IMG/VR virus record: IMGVR_UViG_3300029049_000006
Strand: one strand, 5' to 3'
Source of the DNA: a virus
Length of the DNA stretch: 64,000 nt
This document shows, piece after piece, positions 29,745 through 39,368 of this stretch (within the stretch, counting starts at the first letter, position 1; each line of letters opens with the position of its first letter). A model generated the notes under the pieces. It searched no databases and was not told the origin of the DNA. It worked only from the letters and a program-made list of their open reading frames with translations. The position numbers and the translations under genes are program-made.

Positions 29745-32601
29745 TTTTAACCCTCCATTTTACGTTCCCGCGATGAAAAAAACCAATACCGCTAATTTAA
29801 ACCTGCTGCTTCAAAATGACCGCAAAACGGTCAAGCCTCCAATTCTGGTGGTGTGCGAGCCTCCCGGAGAGCAGACTTTTTCGCAGGGTGGCGTCATGTC
29901 CCAATTTCACTTGAGCCGGTTTAACCGGATGTGCAATAATTGCGGCATTCCGCTTTCCATGCTGGAATTCATCACCCCATGCCCCCCAGTTCCGGAAGCC
30001 ATTACCAAGCGGGAAAAAAAGGTGCTTGAATATTTGAGTCAGTACCGGAACGAATTCATCACGGCTTTAAACCGGCTGCTTCCCGGAAAGCGTCTTGTGG
30101 TGTTTTTGGGCAAAAATGCGTTGAGGCAGTTCGCCGGGAAAAACGTTTCAATTAAGGAACTGCGCGGCTCGTTTGAGCGCATCGACCCTAAGCTGATGGC
30201 CGTTCCGGCATCCCTGCGTACCATAGCTATTTACGGCCCCGGACATTTCACCCGGTCACCGGAGGTGCTTCCGGTAGTGGAGGCGGATATGCGGCAGATT
30301 GGCAATCTCATCAAAAACAACTGGGATTATTCATGCTTCCGCTCGTCTATTGAGAGCGGGGAGTACACCTGGTGCCGGGATTTATCGCCCCTGCTGGAAA
30401 ACCCTCCGAAGTTTATCGGGCTTGACACGGAAACGCGGGGCCTGGATTACGCTATGGGGCGCAAAGCCATTTTGACCGTGCAGATAACAATTAAGGATGG
30501 AAAAAGCCTTGTCATTCCATTGGACCCGGATTTTTACAATGACCGGGCGTTGCGCGATGAAACGGTCGATTACGGGGAGGATTTAACCGCTGATGAGGTG
30601 TCCGGAATTATTGAACAACTGAAACAGCTACTATCTAATTCGAGCATCAAGGTTTTCGGACACAATCTCAAGTTCGACTTGCACCACCTGAAAAACTACG
30701 GGATAGAGGTCGCAAACTGGTTCGCAGATACAATGCAACTTTCTTACGTTGTCGATGACAACATGCAAGAGCGAAACCTTGATGAATGCACCCGCCGCTG
30801 GGTTAAGCCGATGGCCGGATATGCTGACGAGTTTAACAAAAAGGTGGATAAAAGCCACATGGAGACCGTGCATCACCGGGAGTTTCTGCGTTACGCTGGC
30901 GGCGATACTGATGCCGTATTCCGGCTTTACCGGGAGCTGGTCATCTTGGCGAAGCAGGACCGGAGGAACTGGAATTGTTTTTTGCGGGTGCAAATGCCCG
31001 CCTTGCGGGCGTTTTTGAAGATGGAGCACGTCGGTATGAATGTGGACCAGCAATCCCTGCGGTCTCTGGGTGATGAGCTGGACGTGATGGACGCTGAATT
31101 GGAGCAGGAGCTTTCCGAAACGGTCAAGCGCGACATACCGGAGGCGGTGAAAGAATTGTTCGCGGAGGGAAAGCCGCTTGACTTTAACTCGTCCAAGTGT
31201 GTATCGCACTTGCTGTTCAGCCGCTCCGGGTATGGCCTCGTCCCAAAAGTGTTTACTCAGGGCAGTACCAAAGATGCGCCGGTTCCGTCCGTGTCCATAA
31301 AAACGCATCTTCCTTTCTTTTCCGACTCCTGTCCGTTCGTGGCCCGCTATATTGAGTACAAGCAGCTTCAAATGCTTCGGAACACTTACGTCGGTAAACC
31401 GCGCCAGAGCAAAGAAACGCCTATCCTCCGTCTGAAAAATGGAAACTATCCTGCGGTGTACAAAAAAGCCCTTGAAGAGATGGACGCTCAAATCATGGCT
31501 AAAGTCCCCGCATTTACCCGGATAAGGGACACAGGCGGGGAATGCCCTCCGAACGGTCGAACCGTACTGGCCCAGGCAACAATACCCAAAGGCGTTGTGA
31601 CGCTATACCGGGGCGGGCAGGCCACAATCACCACCGAGCAGCCCCCGTCCGGATTCTGGCAAAACATCTGCGCTGACGGGTCAATCCACGCCACCTTCCG
31701 GCTGGACAAGACCGTCACCGGACGCTCGTCCTGCCAAAATCCGAATTTGCAGAACATTCCCAAGCGGGGCCGGTTGGCGAAAATGTTCCGCCGGGTATTC
31801 ACCGCCAGGCCGGGGAAAGTCATCATCGAATGCGACCTTTCCCAGGCTGAGCTGCGTATCGCGGCCTGGATGGCCAATGAGCGGCATATGATTGAGCTTT
31901 ATCGGAATGGCGTGGACATTCACGCGGCTACAGCCGCCAAGGCGGCACAAATGACGTTGGAGCAGTTTCAGGCCCTTCCGCATGACCAGTACAAAAAACT
32001 CCGGCAAAACGGGAAGCCCGTCAATTTTGGATTTTTGTACGGGATGGGTTGGGACAAATTCATGCGGTTCGCCCGAACGGATTACGGCGTGACGTTCACG
32101 CCGGAAGAGGCGCAGAATATGCGGAAACACTTTTTTGAGGCGTACCCGGCGTTGCAGGTGTGGCATAAAAACATGCGGGCATTCGTCCGCAAACATGGGT
32201 ATGTGCGTGCCCTCCACGGAAGCTTGCGGCGTCTTCCGGGGATTTACTCAACCGATGAGGCGGTCGTCGCTGAATGTGAGCGGCAGGCCATTAACTCCCC
32301 GGTTCAAAAATTCGCGTCGGACATAGGGCTGATGGCCTTAGCTGAATTTTCCAAGCACGATACCCCGGATTATTACGGGATTTCTTTTATTCACGACGCA
32401 AACTACATTGAGGTCAACGCCGAGGCGGCGTATGAGGTCACTGGGTGGTTGAAGTGGCAAATGCAAAATATTCCGTTTTATGACTGGTTTGGCTTGGAAC
32501 CTCCGCTTCCTATTATCGCCGATGCCGCAGTCGGTCCAAGTTTAGACAAGACGGAAGAGCAGGAAAATCAGGAAGTTATTGTGCCGCCGTGGGCAAAATA
32601 G
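29719..32601 (+). CDS. DNA polymerase I (family A) with 3'-5' exonuclease and N-terminal UDG-like region
   Basis: GLDTETRGLD exo I; motif A CDLSQAELRIAAW; motif B KLRQNGKPVNFGFLYG; HDANY motif C-like; alternative start ATG 29773. Confidence 0.85.
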   Translation: MLPPDILIDFNPPFYVPAMKKTNTANLNLLLQNDRKTVKPPILVVCEPPGEQTFSQGGVMSQFHLSRFNRMCNNCGIPLSMLEFITPCPPVPEAITKREKKVLEYLSQYRNEFITALNRLLPGKRLVVFLGKNALRQFAGKNVSIKELRGSFERIDPKLMAVPASLRTIAIYGPGHFTRSPEVLPVVEADMRQIGNLIKNNWDYSCFRSSIESGEYTWCRDLSPLLENPPKFIGLDTETRGLDYAMGRKAILTVQITIKDGKSLVIPLDPDFYNDRALRDETVDYGEDLTADEVSGIIEQLKQLLSNSSIKVFGHNLKFDLHHLKNYGIEVANWFADTMQLSYVVDDNMQERNLDECTRRWVKPMAGYADEFNKKVDKSHMETVHHREFLRYAGGDTDAVFRLYRELVILAKQDRRNWNCFLRVQMPALRAFLKMEHVGMNVDQQSLRSLGDELDVMDAELEQELSETVKRDIPEAVKELFAEGKPLDFNSSKCVSHLLFSRSGYGLVPKVFTQGSTKDAPVPSVSIKTHLPFFSDSCPFVARYIEYKQLQMLRNTYVGKPRQSKETPILRLKNGNYPAVYKKALEEMDAQIMAKVPAFTRIRDTGGECPPNGRTVLAQATIPKGVVTLYRGGQATITTEQPPSGFWQNICADGSIHATFRLDKTVTGRSSCQNPNLQNIPKRGRLAKMFRRVFTARPGKVIIECDLSQAELRIAAWMANERHMIELYRNGVDIHAATAAKAAQMTLEQFQALPHDQYKKLRQNGKPVNFGFLYGMGWDKFMRFARTDYGVTFTPEEAQNMRKHFFEAYPALQVWHKNMRAFVRKHGYVRALHGSLRRLPGIYSTDEAVVAECERQAINSPVQKFASDIGLMALAEFSKHDTPDYYGISFIHDANYIEVNAEAAYEVTGWLKWQMQNIPFYDWFGLEPPLPIIADAAVGPSLDKTEEQENQEVIVPPWAK

Positions 32602-32620
32602 CTGGTATTCTCTTCCTGCG

Positions 32621-32744
32621 AATTTGCAATGATTGCAAATTTTTTTCGTGAATTGAATACTTTTATCTTGCAATTTTCATTTTTTAGTGTTATAACAAAC
32701 CCATCAAAGGGCGAAAGCCCTGAATCAATAAAAACATCACCAAT
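32621..32744 (+). promoter_or_regulatory. palindrome plus promoter plus structured-leader cassette (variant)
   Basis: Palindrome 32621-32642; TCTTGCAATT ... TATAAC; leader hairpin GGGC-GAAA-GCCC (32709-32720); A-rich; ATG 32745. Confidence 0.6.
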
Positions 32745-34013
32745 ATGAGCAAGACCGAAATTGATATTACCAAGCCGCTTAATCTGGCTGACCGCCAAGA
32801 ACTCCGTTTTACCGGATACGCCACGCAGAACAATGACCCGAAGCTGTCTCCGGGAGATGTCATCTATTTTCTGAAACAGGCGCGGGACGATAAAAACATC
32901 CCTGTTTATGACGTTGCCACTACCAAAAAGGGCAAGGTAGCCGTGGAAAGTCTTTACGCTGACGAATTTGAAGTTGTGGATGCGGATTCCACGCCGGAAG
33001 CCGCCCCGGTTGCGGCCCCTGCCAAAAAGAAAAAGACGGAATTCAAGAAGGTGGAGGAACCCGGCGAAGAGCAGCCCGCCCCCAAGGCTAAGAAGGCCAA
33101 AGCCGTCAAAGCGGAAGCCGCCCCTGCTAAGAAGACCAAGAAGGAAAAAGTGAAGGCCGAAGCCCCCGTGGAAGTGCAGGAGCCGCAGGAAGTCCAGGAA
33201 CCTGCAGCTGAGGCTGAATCCGTTCCCGCCGTCCAGCCCGAAGCCGTCAAGGAAGTTGAAGACATCAAGCCCGCCTCCACTCCGGAATTGGGAATGGATG
33301 CCGTAACCCTTAACTTGATTCAGGAACACGGCGGGAATGCCTGTGCCGCCGCCCTTGCCATTGCCAAGGATTCTGAGGCTAAGCGATTCCTTCTTGGCGG
33401 CGTGCTGCTGTACATCCAAAAAACGAAAGTTTACGAGGAAGAAAAGGATTCTGCCGGAGTTCCCCGCTTCACCGGGCAAAAGGGCTTTGCCATGTTCTGC
33501 GAGCAGTATATCGGGCTTTCCTATTCTTCCGCAAAATTGTACCAGCGCATCTACGCTAATTTCACCAGCATGGGCCTCGGTGTTGAGGATTTTCGGAGAG
33601 TGGGCACGGCTAAGGCCCGTGAAATTGTGCAAATGATTGAGCTGGACTTTTCCAAGGCCGACGTTGAGGAGGCTATCCATATCGGCGAGACGAAAACGCA
33701 CGAAGAACTGCACTCCCACGTAAGTTCAAAAATGCAGGATGCCGAAATTGAGGGGCATGGATTACGCGATAAGGTTAAATGCACGCTCTACAAATTTGAG
33801 GTGTTTGCTGACCAGGAAGACATCATCAACGCCGCCATCCGGCTGGCAATGGACAATGGAGACATTAAGGACACCGACCAGAACGCCCTTGGGCGCGCGT
33901 TTGTTTCCATCTGTTCCGACTATTTGCAGGCGTACAGCAAAGTGGCGCAGCCGGTGGTAGATGAAACCGAAGAATTTCAGGAATCTGTAGCCCAGGAATC
34001 CGTCAATGCTTGA
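32745..34013 (+). CDS. Lys/Ala-rich (histone H1-like) DNA-binding protein
   Basis: AAPVAAPAKKKK...PKAKKAKAVKAEAAPAKKTKKEKVKAEAP low-complexity basic region flanked by globular domains. Confidence 0.5.
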   Translation: MSKTEIDITKPLNLADRQELRFTGYATQNNDPKLSPGDVIYFLKQARDDKNIPVYDVATTKKGKVAVESLYADEFEVVDADSTPEAAPVAAPAKKKKTEFKKVEEPGEEQPAPKAKKAKAVKAEAAPAKKTKKEKVKAEAPVEVQEPQEVQEPAAEAESVPAVQPEAVKEVEDIKPASTPELGMDAVTLNLIQEHGGNACAAALAIAKDSEAKRFLLGGVLLYIQKTKVYEEEKDSAGVPRFTGQKGFAMFCEQYIGLSYSSAKLYQRIYANFTSMGLGVEDFRRVGTAKAREIVQMIELDFSKADVEEAIHIGETKTHEELHSHVSSKMQDAEIEGHGLRDKVKCTLYKFEVFADQEDIINAAIRLAMDNGDIKDTDQNALGRAFVSICSDYLQAYSKVAQPVVDETEEFQESVAQESVNA

Positions 34014-34722
34014 TATTTCCAAATTTCGGTCTGAACTGGCCCGTTTCTTTTCGGAGGACGGGCCAGGCTCCCAGCCTACCTTCCCTGATGCCTGCGAGGG
34101 CGACTTGTGCCTATGGACGGACGGGTCAGCTCTTGGAGACGCAAGGCAACTGGGAACTGGCGGAGGTTCCGCTTTTGCAGTGACAATAGTAGCTGGAGGT
34201 GAGGAGCATTATGTAGCCTCCTATGCGGAGCGCTTGGAGCCGCAATCGGAATCCGACTGCGGGGTGACGGTAAACTACGCGGAAATTAAGGCTATCCACA
34301 ACGGGCTTTCCTACCTCCAAAAATTGGACGGGGCCGAGGACAAGACCATCCATGTGTTTTCCGATTCCGCTTACGCCGTTTCCGTCCTGTCTAAATGGGT
34401 TCATCGCTGGGAACGGTCGGAGCGTACTTTGGAATCTGTGGCAAAATCCGGCTGGTTGTGCGCTGATGGGTGGCCCGTGGCTAATGCCCGCCTGATAAAA
34501 GATACGCACCGGCTGAGAGTGGAATTTTTCCGGGTTGTGTATCATAAGATCGCCGGGCATTCCGGGTATTTTTTCAACGAGCATGCCGACTGTTTGGCAT
34601 CCATCGCCAGAAACGGTCAGCTTTCTGATGCGCTGGTTGCGGATTATAATTGGCGGGGCCAGCGGATAAAATCGGTGCGCTTCGATTACACAGCTGGAAA
34701 AGTGGTGCTGGAAGAGTATTAG
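34006..34722 (+). CDS. rnhA: ribonuclease HI
   Basis: LWTDGS, NYAEIKAI, VFSDSAY, HKIAGHSGYFFNEHADCLAS match RNase H catalytic DEDD and GH.G..NE.AD.LA. Confidence 0.75.
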   Translation: MLDISKFRSELARFFSEDGPGSQPTFPDACEGDLCLWTDGSALGDARQLGTGGGSAFAVTIVAGGEEHYVASYAERLEPQSESDCGVTVNYAEIKAIHNGLSYLQKLDGAEDKTIHVFSDSAYAVSVLSKWVHRWERSERTLESVAKSGWLCADGWPVANARLIKDTHRLRVEFFRVVYHKIAGHSGYFFNEHADCLASIARNGQLSDALVADYNWRGQRIKSVRFDYTAGKVVLEEY

Positions 34723-34729
34723 CGTTTTC

Positions 34730-34868
34730 AATTTGCAATCATTGCAAATTTTTTTCTCAAAAAAGATTCTTTTTCTCTTGCAATTCATCAAAAATAATGC
34801 TAAATTGTGTTCATCAAAGGGAGGAAAGCTCCTAAGAATAAAAAACCTAAATTAGAAAGACCAAAACA
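34730..34868 (+). promoter_or_regulatory. palindrome plus promoter plus structured-leader cassette
   Basis: Palindrome 34730-34750; TTTTTCTCTTGCAATT; TAATGCTAAATT; hairpin GGAG-gaaag-CTCC 34820-34832; AGAATAAAAAACCTAAA; ATG 34869. Confidence 0.65.
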
Positions 34869-35198
34869 ATGATTATCTCCATGAACCCTTACGATAACTG
34901 GAAAATTGAAGTTAGCGAATTTTCCCATCTCAATCTGGGCATCGAAGGTGATTCCACAACGCTTGAAGATGAATCCGATGTTGCCTGGCTTCAAAATAAA
35001 ATAGAAGCCCGTCTGAATGTGCTGTGGGACCAGATTGACGCGAACCCCGGAGATAAAACTCTGGAAGGCGACATGGAAGAGTTGGAAGAAGCGCTGGAAG
35101 ACCTTGCTGCCGCCCGCGAAGAGCAGGAAGCCTACGAAATTAGGGAAGCCGAAGAATTTTTCCAGGAACAGTGCATGGAACGCTGCTACGCTTATTGA
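34869..35198 (+). CDS. hypothetical highly acidic protein
   Basis: 109 aa, ~30% Asp/Glu. Confidence 0.45.
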   Translation: MIISMNPYDNWKIEVSEFSHLNLGIEGDSTTLEDESDVAWLQNKIEARLNVLWDQIDANPGDKTLEGDMEELEEALEDLAAAREEQEAYEIREAEEFFQEQCMERCYAY

Positions 35199-35238
35199 TT
35201 AAATCTTATTTAACCCATTAAAAAACCTACTAAAAAAA

Positions 35239-35688
35239 ATGAAAAAGAACACATACGTAAGAACACGCCGTCAGGAGCCGCTGAATTCCGAAGTGAAGCA
35301 GCCGACCCCCAAAGAATTGGAAGACATCGCTACGCTGGCCCGCCAGTTTTATCAGCAGAACAAGATTAAAAATGCTGCTTCGACCAAGGAGCGTTCCATA
35401 CGGTCCCGGCTTCTCTCCTTGTGCGTGGAAGCCGGGGTGAAGTCCCAGGAAGTGGACTGCATTACCGAAGATGGAACCAAGCTCGTGCTGTCTGTCACCG
35501 TGGCCCCAGGACAGAAAAGCGTTATTGACCTGGACACGCTGAAACGGCTCATTCCCGCAGAACTGTACGAAAAATGCCTGTCCGCCACCCAGTCGAAAGT
35601 GGAGGAAGTGGCCGGAAAGAGCATTGCACTGGCCGCGAGGCGCGTAGTGTCCACGGAAATGAACGTGTCCGTGTCCACGAAAAAGTAA
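35239..35688 (+). CDS. hypothetical protein
   Basis: 149-aa ORF with AAAAAAA ATG leader. Confidence 0.4.
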   Translation: MKKNTYVRTRRQEPLNSEVKQPTPKELEDIATLARQFYQQNKIKNAASTKERSIRSRLLSLCVEAGVKSQEVDCITEDGTKLVLSVTVAPGQKSVIDLDTLKRLIPAELYEKCLSATQSKVEEVAGKSIALAARRVVSTEMNVSVSTKK

Positions 35689-35708
35689 CTTTGGTTGGGC
35701 GAAAGGGC

Positions 35709-36728
35709 ATGAAAGAATCAAGCATTCGGGAAATCCTGGCCGAACTGGGCATAGATGCGGCCCATCTGTCTCCCACCGGCTGGCTAATCTGTTCATGCCC
35801 TTTTGCCCAGGCCACGCATCAATACGGGACTGACCGCAGGCCGTCTTTCGGCGTCAAGGTGGATTTGGAATCCCCCTCAGCGTATAAATGTTTCACATGC
35901 CACGAGCACGGACTGTTCACCGGGCTTCCCATCCGGCTGGGCACGCTGCTGGGCGACCCCGGCATGTATAAGCAGGTCCGCAATCGGGCCGTGTTTCTGG
36001 AATCCGCCACCCTCCCTGACTTTGATGAGGGAGTGGCCGCCCAAACGGTCGAATCTTTGAGGGTACTTGACGTGGCAATGCTTGACATTTACCCGTCGCC
36101 AATGGATTCGGAGGCTCCACGGAAATACCTGCTTGAGCGCGGCGTTTCAGAGCACGCCGCCCTCGTCATGGATTTACGGTTTGACCCAAAAGAAAACCGA
36201 ATTCTTTTCCCGCTGTTTTCCAGAGACCGGGAACTGCTTGGATTTTCAGGCCGGTCTATCCTGTCCCCGCTTCCGGACGATACGCCAAAGATAAAGACCT
36301 ACGCCGGAGTGAAAACCGACCGCTGCCTGCTGGGCATTCATCTGATTCCGCATCAGCCGGACGGCAAACCCATATTTGTGGTTGAGGGCTTGTTTGCGTA
36401 CGCACATTTAATCTCCATTGGCGCCCGCAGATTCTGCCACCCGGTGGCCACCCTCGGATGCCACCTTTCATTTCCGCAGCGGGATATGCTGGCAATGCTG
36501 GGGCGGCCTGTGTTTCTTTGCTACGACGGTGACGTTGCGGGCACAATAGGATTGTTCGGAAAATGGAACCGGCAGGCTAAAAAGTTTATGGGTGACGGGG
36601 CGGTGGACAGATTGAAAGACCATGTGCCCACGTTTGTCTGCAAGTACCCGGTGGGGCGTTCCGACCCTGATGATTTGAGGTTGTCGGACGTAACGCAGAT
36701 GCTCGACAAGTGGAACACGGGCTATTGA
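35709..36728 (+). CDS. DNA primase (DnaG-like: CHC2 zinc finger plus TOPRIM)
   Basis: CPFAQATHQYGTDRRPSFGV...CFTCHEHG zinc-binding; IFVVEGLFAYAHL...CYDGDVAG TOPRIM. Confidence 0.7.
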   Translation: MKESSIREILAELGIDAAHLSPTGWLICSCPFAQATHQYGTDRRPSFGVKVDLESPSAYKCFTCHEHGLFTGLPIRLGTLLGDPGMYKQVRNRAVFLESATLPDFDEGVAAQTVESLRVLDVAMLDIYPSPMDSEAPRKYLLERGVSEHAALVMDLRFDPKENRILFPLFSRDRELLGFSGRSILSPLPDDTPKIKTYAGVKTDRCLLGIHLIPHQPDGKPIFVVEGLFAYAHLISIGARRFCHPVATLGCHLSFPQRDMLAMLGRPVFLCYDGDVAGTIGLFGKWNRQAKKFMGDGAVDRLKDHVPTFVCKYPVGRSDPDDLRLSDVTQMLDKWNTGY

Positions 36729-36789
36729 TAGCCACTTCTAGCCTTTTTCTTTTATAGGACGTTATAACTTTTAATTTTTTTACTCTTTT

Positions 36790-36835
36790 TTCTTGCAATA
36801 AAAAAATATCATGCTTAATATTTCATTGTTCCCAT
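36790..36835 (+). promoter_or_regulatory. putative promoter (TCTTGCAATA ... TAATATTT)
   Basis: TTG 36793-36795, 20-nt spacer, TAATATTT 36824-36831. Confidence 0.4.
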
Positions 36836-36889
36836 CATGGAACATCAGTAAAAAAACAATACTCCCATTGGAGACATTAAAAAAATAAT

Positions 36890-37915
36890 ATGAATACAAA
36901 CCAACCATCACAGAGCGCAAGGCGCGGTAAATCCGCATTGGAGCAGGCCGCAAAAAGTCAGCAGCAGCAATTCAGCCGGCAGCGCATGCCGTTCAGGTTT
37001 TTCCTCCCCAAAGGCGGCGAGGCTAAAATCGTCATTCTTGATTATGCTTTTGCCACCGACGACGGAACCGGAAACGGGCTTGTCATCAAGGAGCATAATT
37101 TGAAAAAGCCTGACGGGACGTTCGGGGATTTTCAGCCCTGCACTTCGGAGCGCGGGCATTGTGATATTTGCGAAACCTATAAGAAAGAATTCGCCCCGTA
37201 TTACGCCGTAGTCATGTCCATTATTGACTGGCGGCCGTACACCAACAAAAACGGGGAGACCGTCCAAGGCTCCAAAAAGTTGCTGGTCATTAAAATGTGG
37301 CAGCGCGACAAGTGGTACGAGCTTCAAGAAGTCGCGTTCGCGCAGAACGGCAAGCGCGGCATGCGGGGCATGACCCTCCGGATGAAACGGAGTATGGACG
37401 CGAAGAGCAGCAGCATTGGCGAGCCTGTGGCGTTTACTTCCCCCGCATCAATGGCCGGGCGCATGTGCGGATTCATGTCGGAGGAAGCTATGTTGATACG
37501 ATTTGGCGGGCAGGATATTGTTGGACGCGACGGCAAGGTCTATCAGAAGGCCGGAGACGGCATCAAGCCGTTCAACTACGACGAGCTTTTCCCGGAACCG
37601 GAACCCATCAATGAATTTTCCAACTCCAATTCCCGGTCTTCCGGTGATGCGGATTTTGGTGACGATGAAGACTTCGGTCAGGATTTGCAGGACGGTAACA
37701 GCGCGTCCGGAGATTTCGACCCGGAAGATTTCCGCCCCTCGGCAGACCAGGACGGCGGGGAAGATTACCTTAACGCCGACGCGGATTTTGCCGGTGATGA
37801 AGATTTTGAGCAGGAGCCTCCCGCCCGCACCAGAGGACGTCGCGTGCCTGACCCGGAAGAACCGGGGCAGCCGGGCCAAAGCCAGGATGATTTCGATGAC
37901 GACATCCCCATGTAG
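36890..37915 (+). CDS. single-stranded DNA-binding protein (gp32-like Zn region; acidic tail ending DDDIPM)
   Basis: C-terminal ...SQDDFDDDIPM mirrors bacterial SSB tip DDDIPF; CTSERGHCDIC putative Zn site; long acidic C-terminal domain. Confidence 0.55.
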   Translation: MNTNQPSQSARRGKSALEQAAKSQQQQFSRQRMPFRFFLPKGGEAKIVILDYAFATDDGTGNGLVIKEHNLKKPDGTFGDFQPCTSERGHCDICETYKKEFAPYYAVVMSIIDWRPYTNKNGETVQGSKKLLVIKMWQRDKWYELQEVAFAQNGKRGMRGMTLRMKRSMDAKSSSIGEPVAFTSPASMAGRMCGFMSEEAMLIRFGGQDIVGRDGKVYQKAGDGIKPFNYDELFPEPEPINEFSNSNSRSSGDADFGDDEDFGQDLQDGNSASGDFDPEDFRPSADQDGGEDYLNADADFAGDEDFEQEPPARTRGRRVPDPEEPGQPGQSQDDFDDDIPM

Positions 37916-37943
37916 TCGCAACCATTAACCTTACCTGCCGGAA

Positions 37944-39368
37944 ATGGACGCTATTTTATCTCAACTTTGCTGGATTCCAAAAATGCGGTTAACGCCGACA
38001 CAGGAAGCGGAATTGATTTCCGACCTGACTATTTACCCACGGCTTTCCGGGTTTTCGGATGATGCAGCTCTGAAAAAGATTCAAACGTTCATTTCCGGCA
38101 AAACTTATATCGGCGTGCCGTGCTTTTACGGGCGGCAGTGGTGCGAGAAGCACCGCATTGCCATTAAGGATGACACGTCTTCCGGGTTTAACATTTCCCG
38201 GTACATCCGCAGGTTGCCCGACCCGCATCATCCGTCCGCTTCCCAGGGGCAGGAAGAATTCTTTTCTTCCCTTCTGGAAACGGTTAAATCCAACAATACC
38301 GTTTTGGCGGAAGCCCCCACCGGAAGCGGAAAAACCGTGACGGCGTTGAATGCCATTGGTCGCCTGGGGCGTTCCGCGCTGATAGTCGTCCCGAACGGTC
38401 CGCTGATGGAACAATGGAAAAAAGAGGCTATCCGGCATCTTGGACTGACCGAGGATGAAGTCGGCGTAATTGGCGGGGGCAAATCCGTTTGGAAGGACAA
38501 GCCGGTGGTGGTGGCTATCATCCACAATATCTGCATGGCCTCCATGCCGGATGCGTTTTACCGGGCGTTCGGAATTACGGTATGGGATGAAGCCCACGTT
38601 GTGGGTGCGGAATGGTTTAGCCTGTCCACGCAGCACCTGCGTTCAAAATACCGGATTGCCATTACCGCCACCCCAAACCGTTCTGATGGGTGCATGCGAA
38701 TTGTTACGGACGCATTCGGCCCCGTTGCCGTAAGGCATAGTGGGAACGCGGTTCCGCTGATTTACGCCCCGTTGAGTTACAATCTCCCGGCTAAACTGCG
38801 GGCCTGGGCTGACCGTGCCCAGGGTAAAGAGCTGTCCAGGGTGCTAAAGGCGTTGACCGCTGACCTGCCGCGTAATATTAAAATCGGGAGGCTGGCGCTT
38901 GCCGGATATAAAAAAAACCGTAATATACTGCTGATTTCCGACCGCATTTCCCATTTGGAGGCCATGCAGGGCATTTTAGTTCATCTCGGCATTCCGTCCG
39001 AACACATAGGCATGTTTTCCGGGGCGGTAAAGGGCGACAAGGACGTATCCGGGAAAAAAAAGTTGACCAAAAAACAAAAACTGGATGATGTGGTCAAAAA
39101 TCCTAAATACCGGGTGATTCTGGCGACTTATGCAATGATGAAACTCGGCATTGATATTCCCCGGCTTGACATGGGAATCGACATCAGCCCGAAGAGTGAG
39201 GCCGTGCAGACTGTGGGGCGTATCAGAAGGCCGTTCCCGAATAAGCCGACTCCGGTCTGGTTTACGGTTGTCGATTCCAGCCGGAAATTCCAGGCCCTGT
39301 ACCGCAGCCGGGAACGGGAACTGCTGTCGAAGGGCAGCGTAGAAATAAGACCGATTAAAACTTTATGA
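37944..39368 (+). CDS. SF2 DNA helicase (DEAH-type)
   Basis: LAEAPTGSGKT Walker A, VWDEAH, ITATP, QTVGRIRR motif VI. Confidence 0.75.
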   Translation: MDAILSQLCWIPKMRLTPTQEAELISDLTIYPRLSGFSDDAALKKIQTFISGKTYIGVPCFYGRQWCEKHRIAIKDDTSSGFNISRYIRRLPDPHHPSASQGQEEFFSSLLETVKSNNTVLAEAPTGSGKTVTALNAIGRLGRSALIVVPNGPLMEQWKKEAIRHLGLTEDEVGVIGGGKSVWKDKPVVVAIIHNICMASMPDAFYRAFGITVWDEAHVVGAEWFSLSTQHLRSKYRIAITATPNRSDGCMRIVTDAFGPVAVRHSGNAVPLIYAPLSYNLPAKLRAWADRAQGKELSRVLKALTADLPRNIKIGRLALAGYKKNRNILLISDRISHLEAMQGILVHLGIPSEHIGMFSGAVKGDKDVSGKKKLTKKQKLDDVVKNPKYRVILATYAMMKLGIDIPRLDMGIDISPKSEAVQTVGRIRRPFPNKPTPVWFTVVDSSRKFQALYRSRERELLSKGSVEIRPIKTL

